Shown: in pieces, positions 12,301-27,015 of the stretch | How positions within the stretch are numbered: position 1 is the stretch's first letter | Layout of the letters: each line of letters opens with the position of its first letter | Source of the DNA: Trichinella spiralis | Lineage: Eukaryota | Direction: 5' to 3' | Length of the DNA: 64,000 nt | Assembly (NCBI RefSeq): GCF_000181795.1 | Contig: NW_003526940.1 | Coordinates: forward strand, 602,336-666,335 | Notes under the pieces: model-generated | Seen by the model: the letters and a program-made list of their open reading frames with translations, nothing else | Databases searched by the model: none | Told to the model about the DNA's origin: nothing | Made by a program: the position numbers and the translations under genes

Positions 12301-15300
12301 TGCAATCGATATTTATGAACTATAAAATATGTAGGTAATCAATGCAACGTTTCCGCTGTTTGATTTGGAAAAACCAGTTAGAGCAACATCAAATACTTGT
12401 CCATTTGATAACGTGACATTGTATGATGGTGCAGATGATTCGACTCCAAAAATTGGCTCTTATTGCGGTAACAAGGGAGATCTGATTGCACCAGAGGAAT
12501 ATACAATCACATCTACCAATAAATTACATGTTGTTTTCCAATCAGACAGAACATTTAGTGGTGCTGGTTTCAAACTGCATTGGGACGCTGTTATTCCAAG
12601 TAAGGACAGCAGCATATTAAATAAAATTTTCTTGTTATTTGATAACTGTTATTGAATCATCTGATGATAGGTATTGAAAGCTTCAGTTTTCTGTTTAATT
12701 TTCATTTTATTATTGTTAAATAAAAACTTTCCATGGTATTCAAACTAAATATAGATATTTTGAAGGTTGTGGAGGACGAATTTACAAAACCAGTGGACAT
12801 CTAAAATCTCCAAATTATCCTGGCGGTTATCCATCAAATTCACATTGCAGATGGACACTGATAACTCAGCCTGGATTTCACTACAAAGTTAAAGTTTCTA
12901 ATTTAATATTTAATTTGGAAGACAGTGACTGCGCTGCTGATTTTCTTGAAGTATAAAGATGATCAAAATTTATGATATTAAAAAAACACTGTTTAATTTA
13001 GATACGTGATGGAAGCAGAATTGATGATCCAATTCTTGCAAGACATTGTACTACAATAAATAAACCAATGGATTCAGTTTACACTTCAATGCCATATGTG
13101 ACTGTTTATTTTCGATCTTCAGAAAACCGAAAACAAATCACACAGTCTGACGGGAAGTTTTTAATAGAGTACAATGTTCAAGAAGGTATTTGTTTAGCAG
13201 CTGATTATTTTAGTTGAGGATTTTATTTTAGTGGATAGCCACTGTGGTGGAGTTATAAAAGACATGCATGGTACTGTTGAATCCCCAAATTATAAAAATG
13301 GTTTCTACTTTCACGACATTACATGCATTTGGGTGTTTGATTCTTCCAACCTCTCCCCAAGCAAAGTTAAATTGACATTTGCGGAATTTGATGTGCGAGG
13401 AACTTACATGGTTCCTTCATGGTGGAGGTATCGTCATAGCTCACCATTTTGGACACGACGCCGTGTTGGAAGTGGCGTAACTGGCTTAATTCACCATGGT
13501 CCATATTGCCAGGGAGATTTTATAGAAGTAATTATTATTTTTTATCATGTAATTACTGATTTACATTGATATGTTTCAGATTAGAGATGGTGGTGATGAA
13601 AATGCAGATCTTCTGTCATACTACTGTGGAGATTTTGAACCAGGTGTTGTGGAATCTTCAGGGCCTAAATTATATTTAAAATTTAAAACAAATAATAAAA
13701 ATAATGGACGCGGATTTAAGCTTACTTATGATATGGGTAATGTTTTTTCATAATAATTTCTTTTAAAATGAATTCTTCAGTTATTGAAAACGGTACAAAT
13801 TTCAGTTTGCGGAATGGATATCAAAGATAGTAATGGAACTATACAAAGCCCAAATTATCCAGATCCATCTCTGCAACCAATGACATGCGAATATAAAATT
13901 ACTGTTGCTCCTACTTCTGCAATTGAACTTACTTTCATAGAATCAAACTTGGGAAACGGATATGAATTAACTTCACAGGCATGCACAGAAAACTATATTG
14001 AAGTAAGTTTCTAACATGAGTAATTCTTGTTTTGAAGTTGCTTTGGTTTTAGCTCCAATCTGGAATTGCTGATGTATGGTTCAATAGAAAGTTTTGCAAT
14101 GCTCCGTTATGGCCACCGTTTATCACAGCTGGATCACATTTAAAAATTAAATTTGTTACAAATGGATCAACAAAAAACCGGGGCTTCCAAGCACAGTATA
14201 GAACATATGAAATTGGGTGCGGTGGAGTATATAACAGCAAGCATGGAGTAATAACAAGTCCGAACTATCCAGATCGTTATATTCAGAATTTGCACTGTAT
14301 ATGGAAAATTGCAGTACCAAGAGTAATGCAGTATTTTTAGTTATTATTTTAAAACTATCTTTAAATTAAAACATTTGTGATATTCTTATATAAACACTTT
14401 ACATAAAATGATTAATCAGTGTGTTTAATTACTGTTTCAGGGACTAAAAGTTAAAATTACATTTACAACATTTGCATTAGAAGAAAGTCCTAACTGTTTA
14501 TATGATTATGTTGAAATTTATGAAACGTACCGTTCTAAAAATGAGTCAACGGGATTTATTGGAAAGTTAGTGAAATTTAAATTATTGCAAAATTATTATT
14601 TTTTACTTATTTGCTTATTGTAGATATTGTGGCCATCTGAATCCACCTCCTTTGATTAGCCCTTCCAATGAAATGACAGTACTTCTTCATACGGACGCTA
14701 ATATCAACAGTGGTGGCTTCGAACTTCGATTTGATGGAATAAATACCACTACAAGTATTCTATCTTAATATATTTTACATGCCATTATTTAATTTGAATT
14801 TCTTGCAGATTGTGATTTTACATTTACAGAATCATCAGGTGTTATAACTAACACTGGCTATCCTTTACATGTAACTCAACCAATGACATGCGAATATCAC
14901 ATCCGAATACAAAAAGGATATAGGATTCGTTTATTTAATTTTAATTATTCACTTCCATGCAGCAGAGGATACCTTGAATTCAGGTTAATTCTATTTTACA
15001 TTTCATGAATCAATAGTATTAAATTACATTTCATTGAATTGTTTTAAAGTAAAAGTTATAAAGTTATAAAGTATATTTCTATAATATATGTATATTGATA
15101 GTTTTCATGATATGTGTATAATATATAATATGTAATATATTTATGATAAATTGTTTTAAATTATTATTGTTTATTATGCAAATATATTTGAATATCATCA
15201 TAACAAATCATAAAATTACATCAACATTTAATAACCTAAAAAATAATGGTGAATATCGAAAATTTCAGGAATGGACCACTAATTACCTCACCCCCATTCC

Positions 15301-18300
15301 CAGGAATTCCAAAATCTCAAATATGTGATGATGTTGAAATTGATACTTTTAAAAGTTTTGGTAACATGATTGTAGTACTCTTCAAATCGTTGACATCATC
15401 ACTGTATTATCGGCCATTATGGTTTCATTTTCAATATGAAGAATTGGCAGAAAGTAATGCTTGATTAAAATATATTTATTTTGTAATTATTTGTAAAGTA
15501 ATATTTGTAATTACAAATTTAAGGTTGCGGTGGCATGATATCAGACATATCTGGATCAATTGCATCACCCAATTATCCCCTTAAAAGTAGTCACGCATAT
15601 GATTGCTTATATCACATTGTTGTTTCTGAAGGTAAACATTATTTTATTTATATTAAAATAAAAATACTTATTTCAGGAAATCGTATTGCTCTCTTCCTTC
15701 TATCCTTTGAAGGATCAGTGCATCCAAATTCAGCATGCACAACATATGATGTATTAGAAGTAAGTGATTTTTGAATAAACTTTCTTTTTTGAAAAATAAG
15801 CATGACCAAACTTTTAGATTACTGACGGTCGTTTTCATTCTTCTCCTATCATCGAAAAGGTTTGCCACAGTGACACTACAACAAGAGTGTTTACATCTAC
15901 TTCACACGAGATGAGTTTGCGCTATATGCATTATCTTAGTTCAACATCAGGCTTCCTAGTCACCTACAACACAGGTAACGGGTGTAAGGCTAATTTCACT
16001 ACTATACATGATTAAGAAATTTGTTCAAGTTTGCGAAAACATAAAACTCTTCGGAATTCACGGAAGAATTAAATCGCCTGGCTTTAAAAGTCGAATTTCA
16101 AAAGCAAGGCACTGTGAATGGATTATTGAAACTTATCCAGGAAATATGCTGCGCTTGCATTTTTTCTATTTCAGTATTCAAGATGAATCTGGTAATTCTC
16201 TGCATGAATGCACAAAGAGTTCTTTGAAAGTATGATAACTGCTTAGTAAATAATGAATTGGTAAATAATTTTATTTTTCATTTAGATTATTTCTGCTGAA
16301 GGTAATGTAATTTTAAGCAAAAGAGCTGCGAACGTCACGCTTAAAGATCCTGCATTTTGCGATATTTCTGAACAACCAACGTTTTTGTTTGTTGAAAGCA
16401 ATATGGTAAAAATTGAATTTACAGCTCCACAGAATTCATTGGATCACTTTGGCCTAGAATGGGGTACTGATGGTAAGCATTTAAATTTTATCCAAATGCC
16501 ACTTGTTTTTCTGTTTGCTAAATGGTTGTATGTATTTGTAAAATTGTAAAATCACAATGTAAAATATTTAGGCTGCGGGATGAAAGTAACAGAAAATAGC
16601 GGAAAGTTAATCATAACTAATAATACAGGAAATCCAGCTTCTGAACTGAAAGTCTGCGCATGGACTTTTCACGCTCCTTTAGGACAAAAAATTGAACTTC
16701 AGATAAATTATTTGGGAATTTTAAGAAGTCAGATTTTAGACTGCTCTTATCCTGTACGCTACGGAGATCTGTTTGATCTTGATGCTTTCCACGTGAGTAC
16801 GCTTGTTATTTTTATGAAAAAAATATATACTCATTAAATATTTCTCATATGACAAAAAATTGAGTTAGAAAAACATAATTGAAAAAATTATAAAAAGTCA
16901 CTTTAAAAGCTGAAAACGTTAGTATACAATTCCGTTAGTTCCGTTAGTACGTTTGCATTATTGTATATTATATTATAGGCAACGTTTATTAATAAATGAA
17001 AGATCATACTTAAAAACTTTAGGCATTCAATGGCTTGAACAATGCATCAGGATTGTCATTTAAAACAATCTGTGATCATATTAACAGAAACAACCCACTG
17101 ATTATTGATTCAGTAAGCAATGAATTATTTGTATTGTTTGTCTATCATCATTACAGTAGTGTTCCTGAACATGATGGTACTATTTTACATGTCGAATACA
17201 AATTTAAAGATGGAGGTATTTTAGCATTATCAGTTAAAGACGTGCATTAACTAACAAAATTCATTAACATAAGGATGTGGCGGAGTGCACACAGAATTGC
17301 AAGGTTCCTTGCAAACTCCAGGTTATCCTGGCCGTTATCAAAGAGAAATTGAATGCAATTGGAAAATACAAGTCCCACATGGATATCTTGTAAAAATTGA
17401 AATTAAAGATTTGAACATTGGAAATTATTTTACAAAGTGCCGTTGGTCAGTAACAAATGAAGGCTACTTAGCAGTAAGCACCGTTAAATATTTACTTTTA
17501 GTTTCGCAACCGTGTATCTCTGATGAGAAATATTATTTTAGTAAAAATTTAATAAATCATTTAAATATGGAAATTAAAACTAAAAATTAACATATTGTTA
17601 AAGATACGACTACCAACATTTTTTATTTTTTAAGCAACATTTTTTCATCAACTAATTTTTCCAAAAATCATAATAGATATATGATGGTCCAGAAGCCAAC
17701 ACCTCGTACCCAATGTTGGGCATGTTTTGTAGCAATGTAGTGCCAGAAAATTCTACAGTTATTACAACTGGAAATGAAGCATTTGTGCGTTTTGTTGGCA
17801 CCAAAAATAATGCTAATAGCCATAAAGATGCAAGAGGGTTTTTAGCAAAGTACGAGGCTGTTTGTGGAAGTAAATTACGCGCCTCTTCAACTCGGCAATC
17901 TTTTGGATCTTTAAAGCACTTGGAATCTCAAGAGTGCGAATGGCTAATTGAAACAGCAGAAGTTGGTAAGTTCTGTATGTATAACTAAAAACGAAGCATT
18001 ACCCATTTTCATCAACAGGTCAAAAAATCACACTGAATGTCGATTACTTGTCAAGATCGATGAGTTGTGAACTGAACTACATAGAAATTTTTGATGGTCC
18101 TGAGCCTAAAAATGAAACTTTATTAAGTCAATTGTGCGACGCATCAAAATCCTTATCATTTAAATCTAGCGGAAATTATTTATATTTGAAACTTCATTCC
18201 CATTTAACCATCAGTCCAACGACGGCAATGCGTTTCTCTTTCTCTTATTATTTATCAGATTCACGTAAGACATTAATTAATCAATCAATTTTAATTATAT

Positions 18301-21300
18301 TACTTGCATATTAATTTTTGTTTAGAATGTGGAGGTGATTATTACTCTCTGTCGGGTCGCTTTAGTTCACCGTTATATCCTGATTTATATCCATCAAATG
18401 TTGACTGTGTTTGGCGAATTTTCAACTCACTGGGAAGTAGAGTGCGTTTAACATTTTTGTAAGTTTGTCATTTTTATTTAATTGTATTGAAACCTTGTTA
18501 AAATATATTTAAAATATTTTACATAAACATTATAAATTTAGAAGTTTTAAACTTGCTGAATCTGAATACTGTGAGAAAGATTTTGTCGAAGTTCGAGAAA
18601 AAGATCAAGGGGGCCGACTTCTTGGCCGTTTCTGTGGTGAACAATTTCCACCTTCAATAGTTGGATGGGAGTCTGTTTGGATTCGATTCAGATCTTTACC
18701 TGACAGTTCTGAAGAAGGCTTTCAACTACATTATGAGTTGTGTATGTCACATGCATAATCAGTTTTTCGTTTACTTCATTTTTTACGTATTTAATAGTAA
18801 TGGGTGGTGACCTCGAAGGTAAAGAAGGCAGGCTAACGTCACCGTTTTACAATTATAATTCTTTGTGGAATAGCGGAGACTACATGCAACCTGAAATCAT
18901 AAACATAAACGAAACTGAAATATATGATCAAGACAAAGAATATATTTGGTGGCGTATTTCAACAGAAGTTAATCTTGTCGTGGAAGCCACACTGTCCAAC
19001 GTAATTTTAGAAAATTATTGGTGGCTTCATGGACTGAACATGTTAAATGAGGGCGAATATTTGCAAGTACAAATTACAATAATTATGATTGTGCAACAGC
19101 TTATAGCATGATCCTTCTTTTAAGATTTATGATGGATTTTGTGATTTGACAGTTATATCCAAACCAGAAGATTGCACTCTGATTCAAAGTATAGAATATG
19201 CAACACCAAAAGTATCAGTGATGAGCAAAACAAACCATTTATCAGTTTTACTTCATCTTAAACTTGGAGGAACTCCAAAATTCGAATTGAGCTGGAATAG
19301 CGCTATAGCTAATTTACAAGAAGATGAACTAGAAAGTAATTCAAAGCAGTTTTTAAATCCTTTTCTCAATTAATACTTTTATTTTCAACAGATTCTAACT
19401 GCAGATATCATTTGACTGCTACGAAAGAAAGGAAAAACATTACTTCACCTGGATTTCCACTTGAGTATTCACCAGCCACAGAATGCACTTGGTGGATTAA
19501 TCATCCAAAAAATTATTCCGTAATAATTGAAATAATTATGCTTGATATTGAAGCACATCCAAAATGCAGTTATGATGCATTAGAGATTTTCCAAGGTAAA
19601 AAATTTACAAATTAATGCACTTATAACTTTTATAATTTTGAACACAAATTTCAGTAGGATAGTATTAAACGTAATATCAGTGTATTAAACAACGTGCACC
19701 ATTTTTGCTTACATTTTGAGAATTTTATTTATATTTATTTAAAATTTTTTAAATTTAGCACCTTCAATGTGGTACGAAGATTTTCAACAAACGTACCAAA
19801 TGAAATACTGTGGTCATCATGCTCCCAATGGCACTGAAACATACAGCCATGAATCAGAAGTACTGGTTCACTTTCATTCTGATCATTCTTTTGCTGGAAA
19901 AGGATTTGTAATGGAATACTGGTTAGGTAAAATTGCTAAGCATTATTTACTTTAAAATTTAAAATAACATTTAAATGTTTAGGTTGTGGATCCGTATTCA
20001 GTTTGACTGACTCAGCGCAAATACTCACTAGTCCAAATTTCCCTGAATTTTATGAAAATAATCAACGTTGCAATTGGCTGGTTGTAGCAAAAACAGGTCG
20101 AGCAATAAAACTTCATATTGATATTTTGCAATTAGAAGACAGTGCAAATTGCACAAAGGATTATTTGCAAGTAACGTTTTGTTGACTACATTATTCCTTC
20201 CCAAGTGTAATATAAGCATATATACAAACACGCAGATATATAATGGACCAGAAAATGATTCTCCACTACTGGGACATTATTGCGGTTCCTCATTATCTGG
20301 AGAACCGTTGACTAGTACATCTAATATACTTCGAGTTTTGTTTGTCTCTGACGAATTGGTGAACGCGGGAGGTTTCCTACTGACAGTCGAGTAAAGCTGA
20401 AAATATTGGAAATTTTATCTGTTTTGCTACATAAAAATGAATATTTATAACATTTAGAGAAATGAAATTGGATTGCAGCAGTGATTCATTAGTATTAGTT
20501 GATGATGACAGTGTAGGAGAACTGTATTCACCTGGCTATCCGCACATATATCGGCACAGTATGGACTGCTTGTGGACAATTCAATCACCCAGTGGAACGC
20601 GTATTCAATTTGATTTTGATCCAGACAGTTTTGATATTGAACAAGCGCCGATTTCAAGCGAAGTTGGGTAAAATATGTTTTATATCAAATCAAACAAACT
20701 GATACTGATGGAAAATTTATAGATGCATTTATGATTATGTCGAAATTCTTGACGGAGCCACAATAGCGGCTAACTCGCTGGGTCGATTCTGTGGCAACAA
20801 AGTACCTGAAACGATTCAATCTTCATCAAATTATATGACTGTTCGATTTCTCAGTGATGAGTCAGCAGCTAAAGGTGGTTTTAAAGCAACTTATCGAATA
20901 GGTAGAGTAAAACAAAAATTACCTGTCATAAATAAAGCAACATTTTTTATCATGCAGCTAGGTGTGGAGGGACAGTAGTGGGACGACAGGGTGTGATCAC
21001 TAGTCCAAATTATCCACACCACTATGAACATCTAAAAGAATGTGAATGGTATGTGCGAGTTCCCGAAGGAGGTTACGTCAACTTCACTTTTGCTGATCTG
21101 AATTTTGGTGGAGTTGGAAGACGAAACGCATCAGAATGTACTGCAGATTTTATCGAAATTAGAGAAAGTAATAAAACCGGTAAGAAATAAATTTTTGAAG
21201 CTTTGAAATTTAATGTTTTGTAAATCTTGATAGCTTGAATATGCTTTATCTAACTTCATTATGGATTTTAGGACCATTAATTGGACGATACTGTTCTGGA

Positions 21301-24300
21301 GCAGATAAGAACAAACATGGCCGAACGAAATCAAATTTAATGTATATAATGTTCAAAAGTGATGCATCATTAAATGGTCGAGGCTTTAAACTGCTTTATA
21401 ACTACACTTCATATGGTATTGTTTAATTTCAAAGAGTGCAAAAATACGTATGTCCATCTTTTAGAATGTGGTGGTCATTTAAATCAACCGAATGGTCAAT
21501 TAATGACGCCACATTATCCTGATTTTCTGAGTGGTAGCCTATTTTGTGAATGGATAATTGAGGTGCCCTTAAGTCGACGTGTCACTCTTACTTTTGAAGA
21601 TTTTTCTCTTCCTGCTGGACTGATGCATTTTTGTTTTAATGCACATGTGACGGTATAATTTAAATGCATATGTTAGCTGATCAAAGATTACACAAAAATT
21701 AATTGTGCAACCGATTTTTTAAGCTATACAGTGATCCTGAAGCCATGAATCCAATTGTTGATGCAGCAATGTGCGGCGCAGATTACGAACTCCCAATGTC
21801 ATTTCGATCTACAGGAAATGTGATGGTGGTGCGAATAGAAACAGAAACGGCATCTGATGCAAGGGGATTTCGCGCAACATATCACAGTGATGAGCCTGCA
21901 GGTAATCTCATGTTATCACAAACAAAAAAGTAAAACAACAAATAAGATATATATATATGTGCATTTAGAGTGTGGTGGCGTAATTAATTCACCAACTAGA
22001 ATTGACTATTTCCCGAAAGAGAACAGTACCATTCCAAATGGAATTTACTGTCGATGGCATATTAAGAATCCAAATAAAAAAGACTCAACAATTGTATTGA
22101 AAATACACCATCTGAATATCAGATCACAAGATACCTGCTATTTCGACTATTTGGCAATTCAAGGTATTTTTAAAACGTGTTTCAAATACATGTTTGAATA
22201 ACAAGTTGTATAATTGTTAGGTGTTTCCATTGCACTTGGAGTAGAGGATGAAAGAAAAAAATTATGTGGAGAACTTAGAGATGTAACTTTGACTTATTAC
22301 TACAGGGAAATAGATTTATATTTTGTGTCTCGTTGGTATTCGTATTACATGACCAATTTTACAATGGACATTTCATTTTCCAGTAAGCTAATTTCAAGTA
22401 ATATGTGCGCTGAATTTTATTCCATGTTTGCTTGCAGAATGTGGTGGTATATTAACAGCAACTGAAGGAATAATTACAAGTCCAGGTTATCCGCAAATTT
22501 ACAATTATGATTCTCACTGTGAATGGCTCATTGTAGCACCTCAAGGATTTGAAATAAAGGTACATTAAATTATTGTAAATTATCATTTCAAAATTGCAAA
22601 ATACTGATTGAGTTCATAATTTGAAAAATGCATGCATATTTTAGATTGAATTCAAAGATATTCAACTGGAACATCATCAATTTTGCCAATATGATAATGT
22701 AACAGTTCACAATGGACGATTCACTTCTTCACCAATTGTCAGAACTTACTGTGATTCATATGATACAATTCCAGATAATTATTTTGTATCGAGCAGTCGA
22801 TTTTTATTAGTAGTTTTTCAGTCAGATAACGTGAATTCAAACCGAGGCTTCAAATTAGAATATAAAACAATATCACCTGGTGAGTGAGTATTCATTCATG
22901 CATAACTAACTGAAAGTGTTTTCAATTATGATACATTTTTCCAGCATAATAATAGATTTTTACATTTAGGTTGCGGAAATGTTATTCATGGAGCGGAAGG
23001 TTATATTGTGAGTCCAAATTTTCCCAAAAATTATGGAAGCAATTTGTATTGTCGTTGGGAAATTATTGTTCCAAATGCATTCCACGTGAAACTTCATTTC
23101 GTTATTTTCGACGTTTCACCTTCAGAAAACTGCACCAAAGATTTCTTGGTGGTAACAAAAAAGATTTTTTTAAATGAAACATAAATTGTAAAATGTGAAT
23201 TATACAATTAATTTTTCTATTAAAAAAAATATTTCTCCGTTCTTATTTTTTATTTTCTCCATTTTCTAAAATTCCATTTTTTTGTAATGATGTTAGATTG
23301 AAGAAACCCAAAATAGAACAGCATCGATTTTTGATCATTCCTGGTCAGTGTCGAGAAGACTGTGCGGTTACGCTGTTGAGGGTCCATTTGTGGGAAAGAA
23401 CGATCGGGTGCGAATTACTTTTCAAAGTGACGCTTCAATCGAATCGACAGGTTTTAATATTTCATGGACATCAGGTATGCAAAAAAAACAACGCATAAAA
23501 AAACAGTTCCACAGCTACTGTATGTGTATTCTGTTTCAGACTGCGGAGGAGTTTACAAAGATCCAAAGGGTATCATTAGTTCTCCCTATTATCCAAACGA
23601 TTATGGAAACAACATGCACTGCGAATATATCATCGATCCAATTCATTCAAATGAATATTACGTGTATTTGCAATTTACTCACTTTCAGCTGGAAGGTAAC
23701 AACAACAACAACAACAACAAACTATATTTCAAATTCAAACAGACATACATATTTATATCATTATGATTAGAAACTGGCTATGTGGACAATTGTCTGGATT
23801 ATGTAGAAGTAACTTCACTTACCGAAGGCAATGTACTGTTGAATACATGTGGCCAAGTAATTCCCGAGAGGGTAAATGGTGTTGGGCCTTTGAAGGTGAT
23901 TTTCCACTCTGATTCTCTGGTTACAAACGTTGGGTTTTCGGCTCAATATGGATCAACGGGTAACTTTAAAAAAAAAAGAACACATATCTTAATTGTAAAT
24001 TTTCCATCACAGCATATGCAATTTGTTTTGAAATTCAGGTTGTGGAGGAACGTTCAATCTCAGCAGTGATGAATTTTTTTCACGAATGTTCGGAATTGGC
24101 TCTATTCCTTTTCCTCCATATCACAATCAAATGAACTGCACCTGGCTCATCAGTGCTCCCGAAGGACACGTGATTGTTTTCAAGTAAATTTCTATGTCTG
24201 TGATTTTTCTTTACTTCTTTTACAGAGCTTGTTGTTTCGATCATTTATTTCAATCTAATTTTGACAACATTTTTCAGATTATCTCAGCTGAGCATTGAAG

Positions 24301-26518
24301 AAACCGACTACTGTGAATATGATTTTTTGCAAGTTCACGATGGACTGACAACAGCGGATCGTTCATTGGGAAAATATTGCGGTTCTACGTTGCCTGATCG
24401 TGCCGCAAAAAGCACAAGCAATCACATGCTAGTGCGATTTATCACTGATGCATCACTGACCGAACCAACAGCTTTCGAAGGAACAGTCACAGCAACGCCC
24501 GGTAAAAAATAGACAGACAACAACCAAGAATGAGTGAAAACTGTTTCAGGACCTGAAATGGGATGCGGCGGTTCGATAAACGTGACCACAGCGGGAACAA
24601 TTCGCTCACCAACTCAAGAAAACAGTGCACTGTATCCAGCATATTTAGACTGTCATTGGATTCTGCTAGCACCGATTGGTCGTGTGATCAGCGTGCAAAT
24701 TGTCGAATTTTCTTTGGAAGCAAGCAATTTGCCCATGTGTTTCGACTATCTTGAAGTAAAAAATGATGCTCAAGCACCATTTTTACCACCCAACAACAGA
24801 TTTTTTCCCGTTCAGATACAGGATGGTCATTATGACAGTGGCTCGTTGATTGGCAAATATTGTGGAACAATGCAACCATGGCGATTTACCACTTCGACCG
24901 ACAAATTGCAGCTTCACTTTGTCACCGATGATCAAATAGAATCCACCGGATTTGTGTTGAAATATGAACTGAAACCAGGTAATAATAATTTGCATGATTT
25001 CCATTTGAAAAATGAACGTCAATTTGTTTTCGAAACACGTGAAGCACTGTGCGGCGCTGCGTTGACACCGCTGAAGCAACGTCAGTTTGTCCATCACACG
25101 CAGAGTGCGTCGAATCATCGTTGTCGTTGGGGAATTGAAAGTGCCGGCGATGGCAAGAAGCTGCTTGTTCAAATTGTCCACCTGAATGTAGAACCAGCCG
25201 AAGATGATTGTTCCACTTCGTATATAGAAATTTCTGAAACACCAAAAGTTTGTTTTCAAAAGCATTATTTTTTCATATTTATAATTGAAACGAATAATAA
25301 ATAATACTTGCATATTTATTTGAAAGTGTTAGATGATCTTTTCTCTTCTCATTTTTATATTTTTTTTTTATTCAAGGATAAAAATGCTCGAAAATTCCGC
25401 GACTGTGGTACATCAAGTGGTTTCAAAATTTACTCGAAAAAAGCCATCCTGATCACATCCGCGCTCAGCACGCTACCAATGAGTAGAATCAGCTTCAACA
25501 TCAGCTATCAGATGATCGACGGTCGGTGACAATTTTAAAATACTCTCGAACTGCTGTGAAATTTACTGATTTGTCGTTTGTTTTTGTTTAATTTTTTATT
25601 TCATGACAACATTCTCTACTCCTTTTCAGAATGTAACGAAACTATTGCGGTGGCGGTGGATCAACAAGACGGTGAATTGACCAGTCCGAATTATCCGAAC
25701 AGTTATCCCCACGGTGCCCATTGCACTACAACACTGATCGCAGCGCCGAATTACAAAATTCGACTTTATTTCAACGCGTTTCGATTCGAACCAGAAAGAG
25801 GACAGTGCAAAAATGACATACTGACTGTATAAATCTGCTTTTTTTAGAGTGGAAAAAAATCTTGCATATTTAATTATTATCACACTTCAGATCAGTCAAC
25901 CGAACAGCAAATCTCTACAATACTGCGACACCAACATACCGCCAACGTTGACTTCGAAAACAAATCAACTGACGTTGCATTTCAACACGGACAATTCAGT
26001 GGCTTATCAAGGCTATTCGATCACTTACTTGGTCACGGATCAAGGTAGGCACGCAGGCATGCGATTACAAATATTTTTTTTCATCCGTTTCAGACTGCGG
26101 TGGCACTATACAACTTGCATCCGGTTCCATAACGAGCCCGAATTATCCGGGCGATTATCCGCCGCGTGTACGCTGCCGGTGGCTGATTTCCGTTCCACGG
26201 GGCAGTTGGATCAGTTTCCACGTGGCGCATTTGAAAATGGATCCTGCCTGCGATGACCAATCAGATCGTCTCGAGCTACGGCCAGTAAACGTCGACAACC
26301 AGGAACCGCAAATCTACTGCGGCGAGCAGGTTCACAAACGGCAAGAAATATTTTTTTTTTCTAATTGTAAATTTTCCATTTTACAGCAACCGTCCACTGG
26401 TGTGATCATGATGAGCAATCAAGTTGAAGTGCTGTTCACGTCGGGTGATTCCAAAGCGAACAGTTATGAAGGTTTTCGACTGAAATTCCACATCATCGAT
26501 CGAGCCGAAATGCACTGA
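9358..26518 (+). CDS. CUBN: Cubilin (N-terminal trimerisation region, 8 EGF, ~27 CUB domains), multi-exon
   Basis: ATG at 9358 with a hydrophobic leader, then [11 protein letters not shown] (cubilin N-terminus). EGF repeats at 10130-12100 (e.g. [13 protein letters not shown]) are followed by serial CUB domains (CGG..G.I.SPNYP..Y...C.W.I). Stop TGA at 26516-26518 and AATAAA downstream. GT-AG introns link the frames. Confidence 0.95.
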
Positions 26519-27015
26519 TACACACGAAAATATTTGAAATTATTGTTTTTTAATTTAATAAATATAAAACACCAATAAAGTAAGATTGATCATCTTGTTA
26601 TTTACTATAATACTCACTCAGTAGTGGTAATGGATGTGGGCAATAGAAAGTGATCATTCGACATTTTTGGGTATGCCAAAAAAGTAAAAAAAAATTCGCA
26701 GTGCTTATAAAACTGAGCTAGTGGAAATGAACAAGATAAATTGCGTTTATATGCTAACTGAGAAAATTGAGCTTTTCGTTGTCGTTTTCTGAACTACAAA
26801 TCAAACACAAATCGAATAAATGAATAGCTGCTAGAAGTGCCGAGAGCAAACAAACAAACGAACGAAAAAGAAAAGAAAACAATCAAATTTGGCAGTTTAA
26901 TATAAAGTGGAAAGATTAGATTTCTGGGAAAAAAAAGAAAATAAATAAATAAATAAATATGCTTACCCCCTCCCCTCTTAATTTGTAATAATTAATTATT
27001 GCTTTTAAAATTCTA

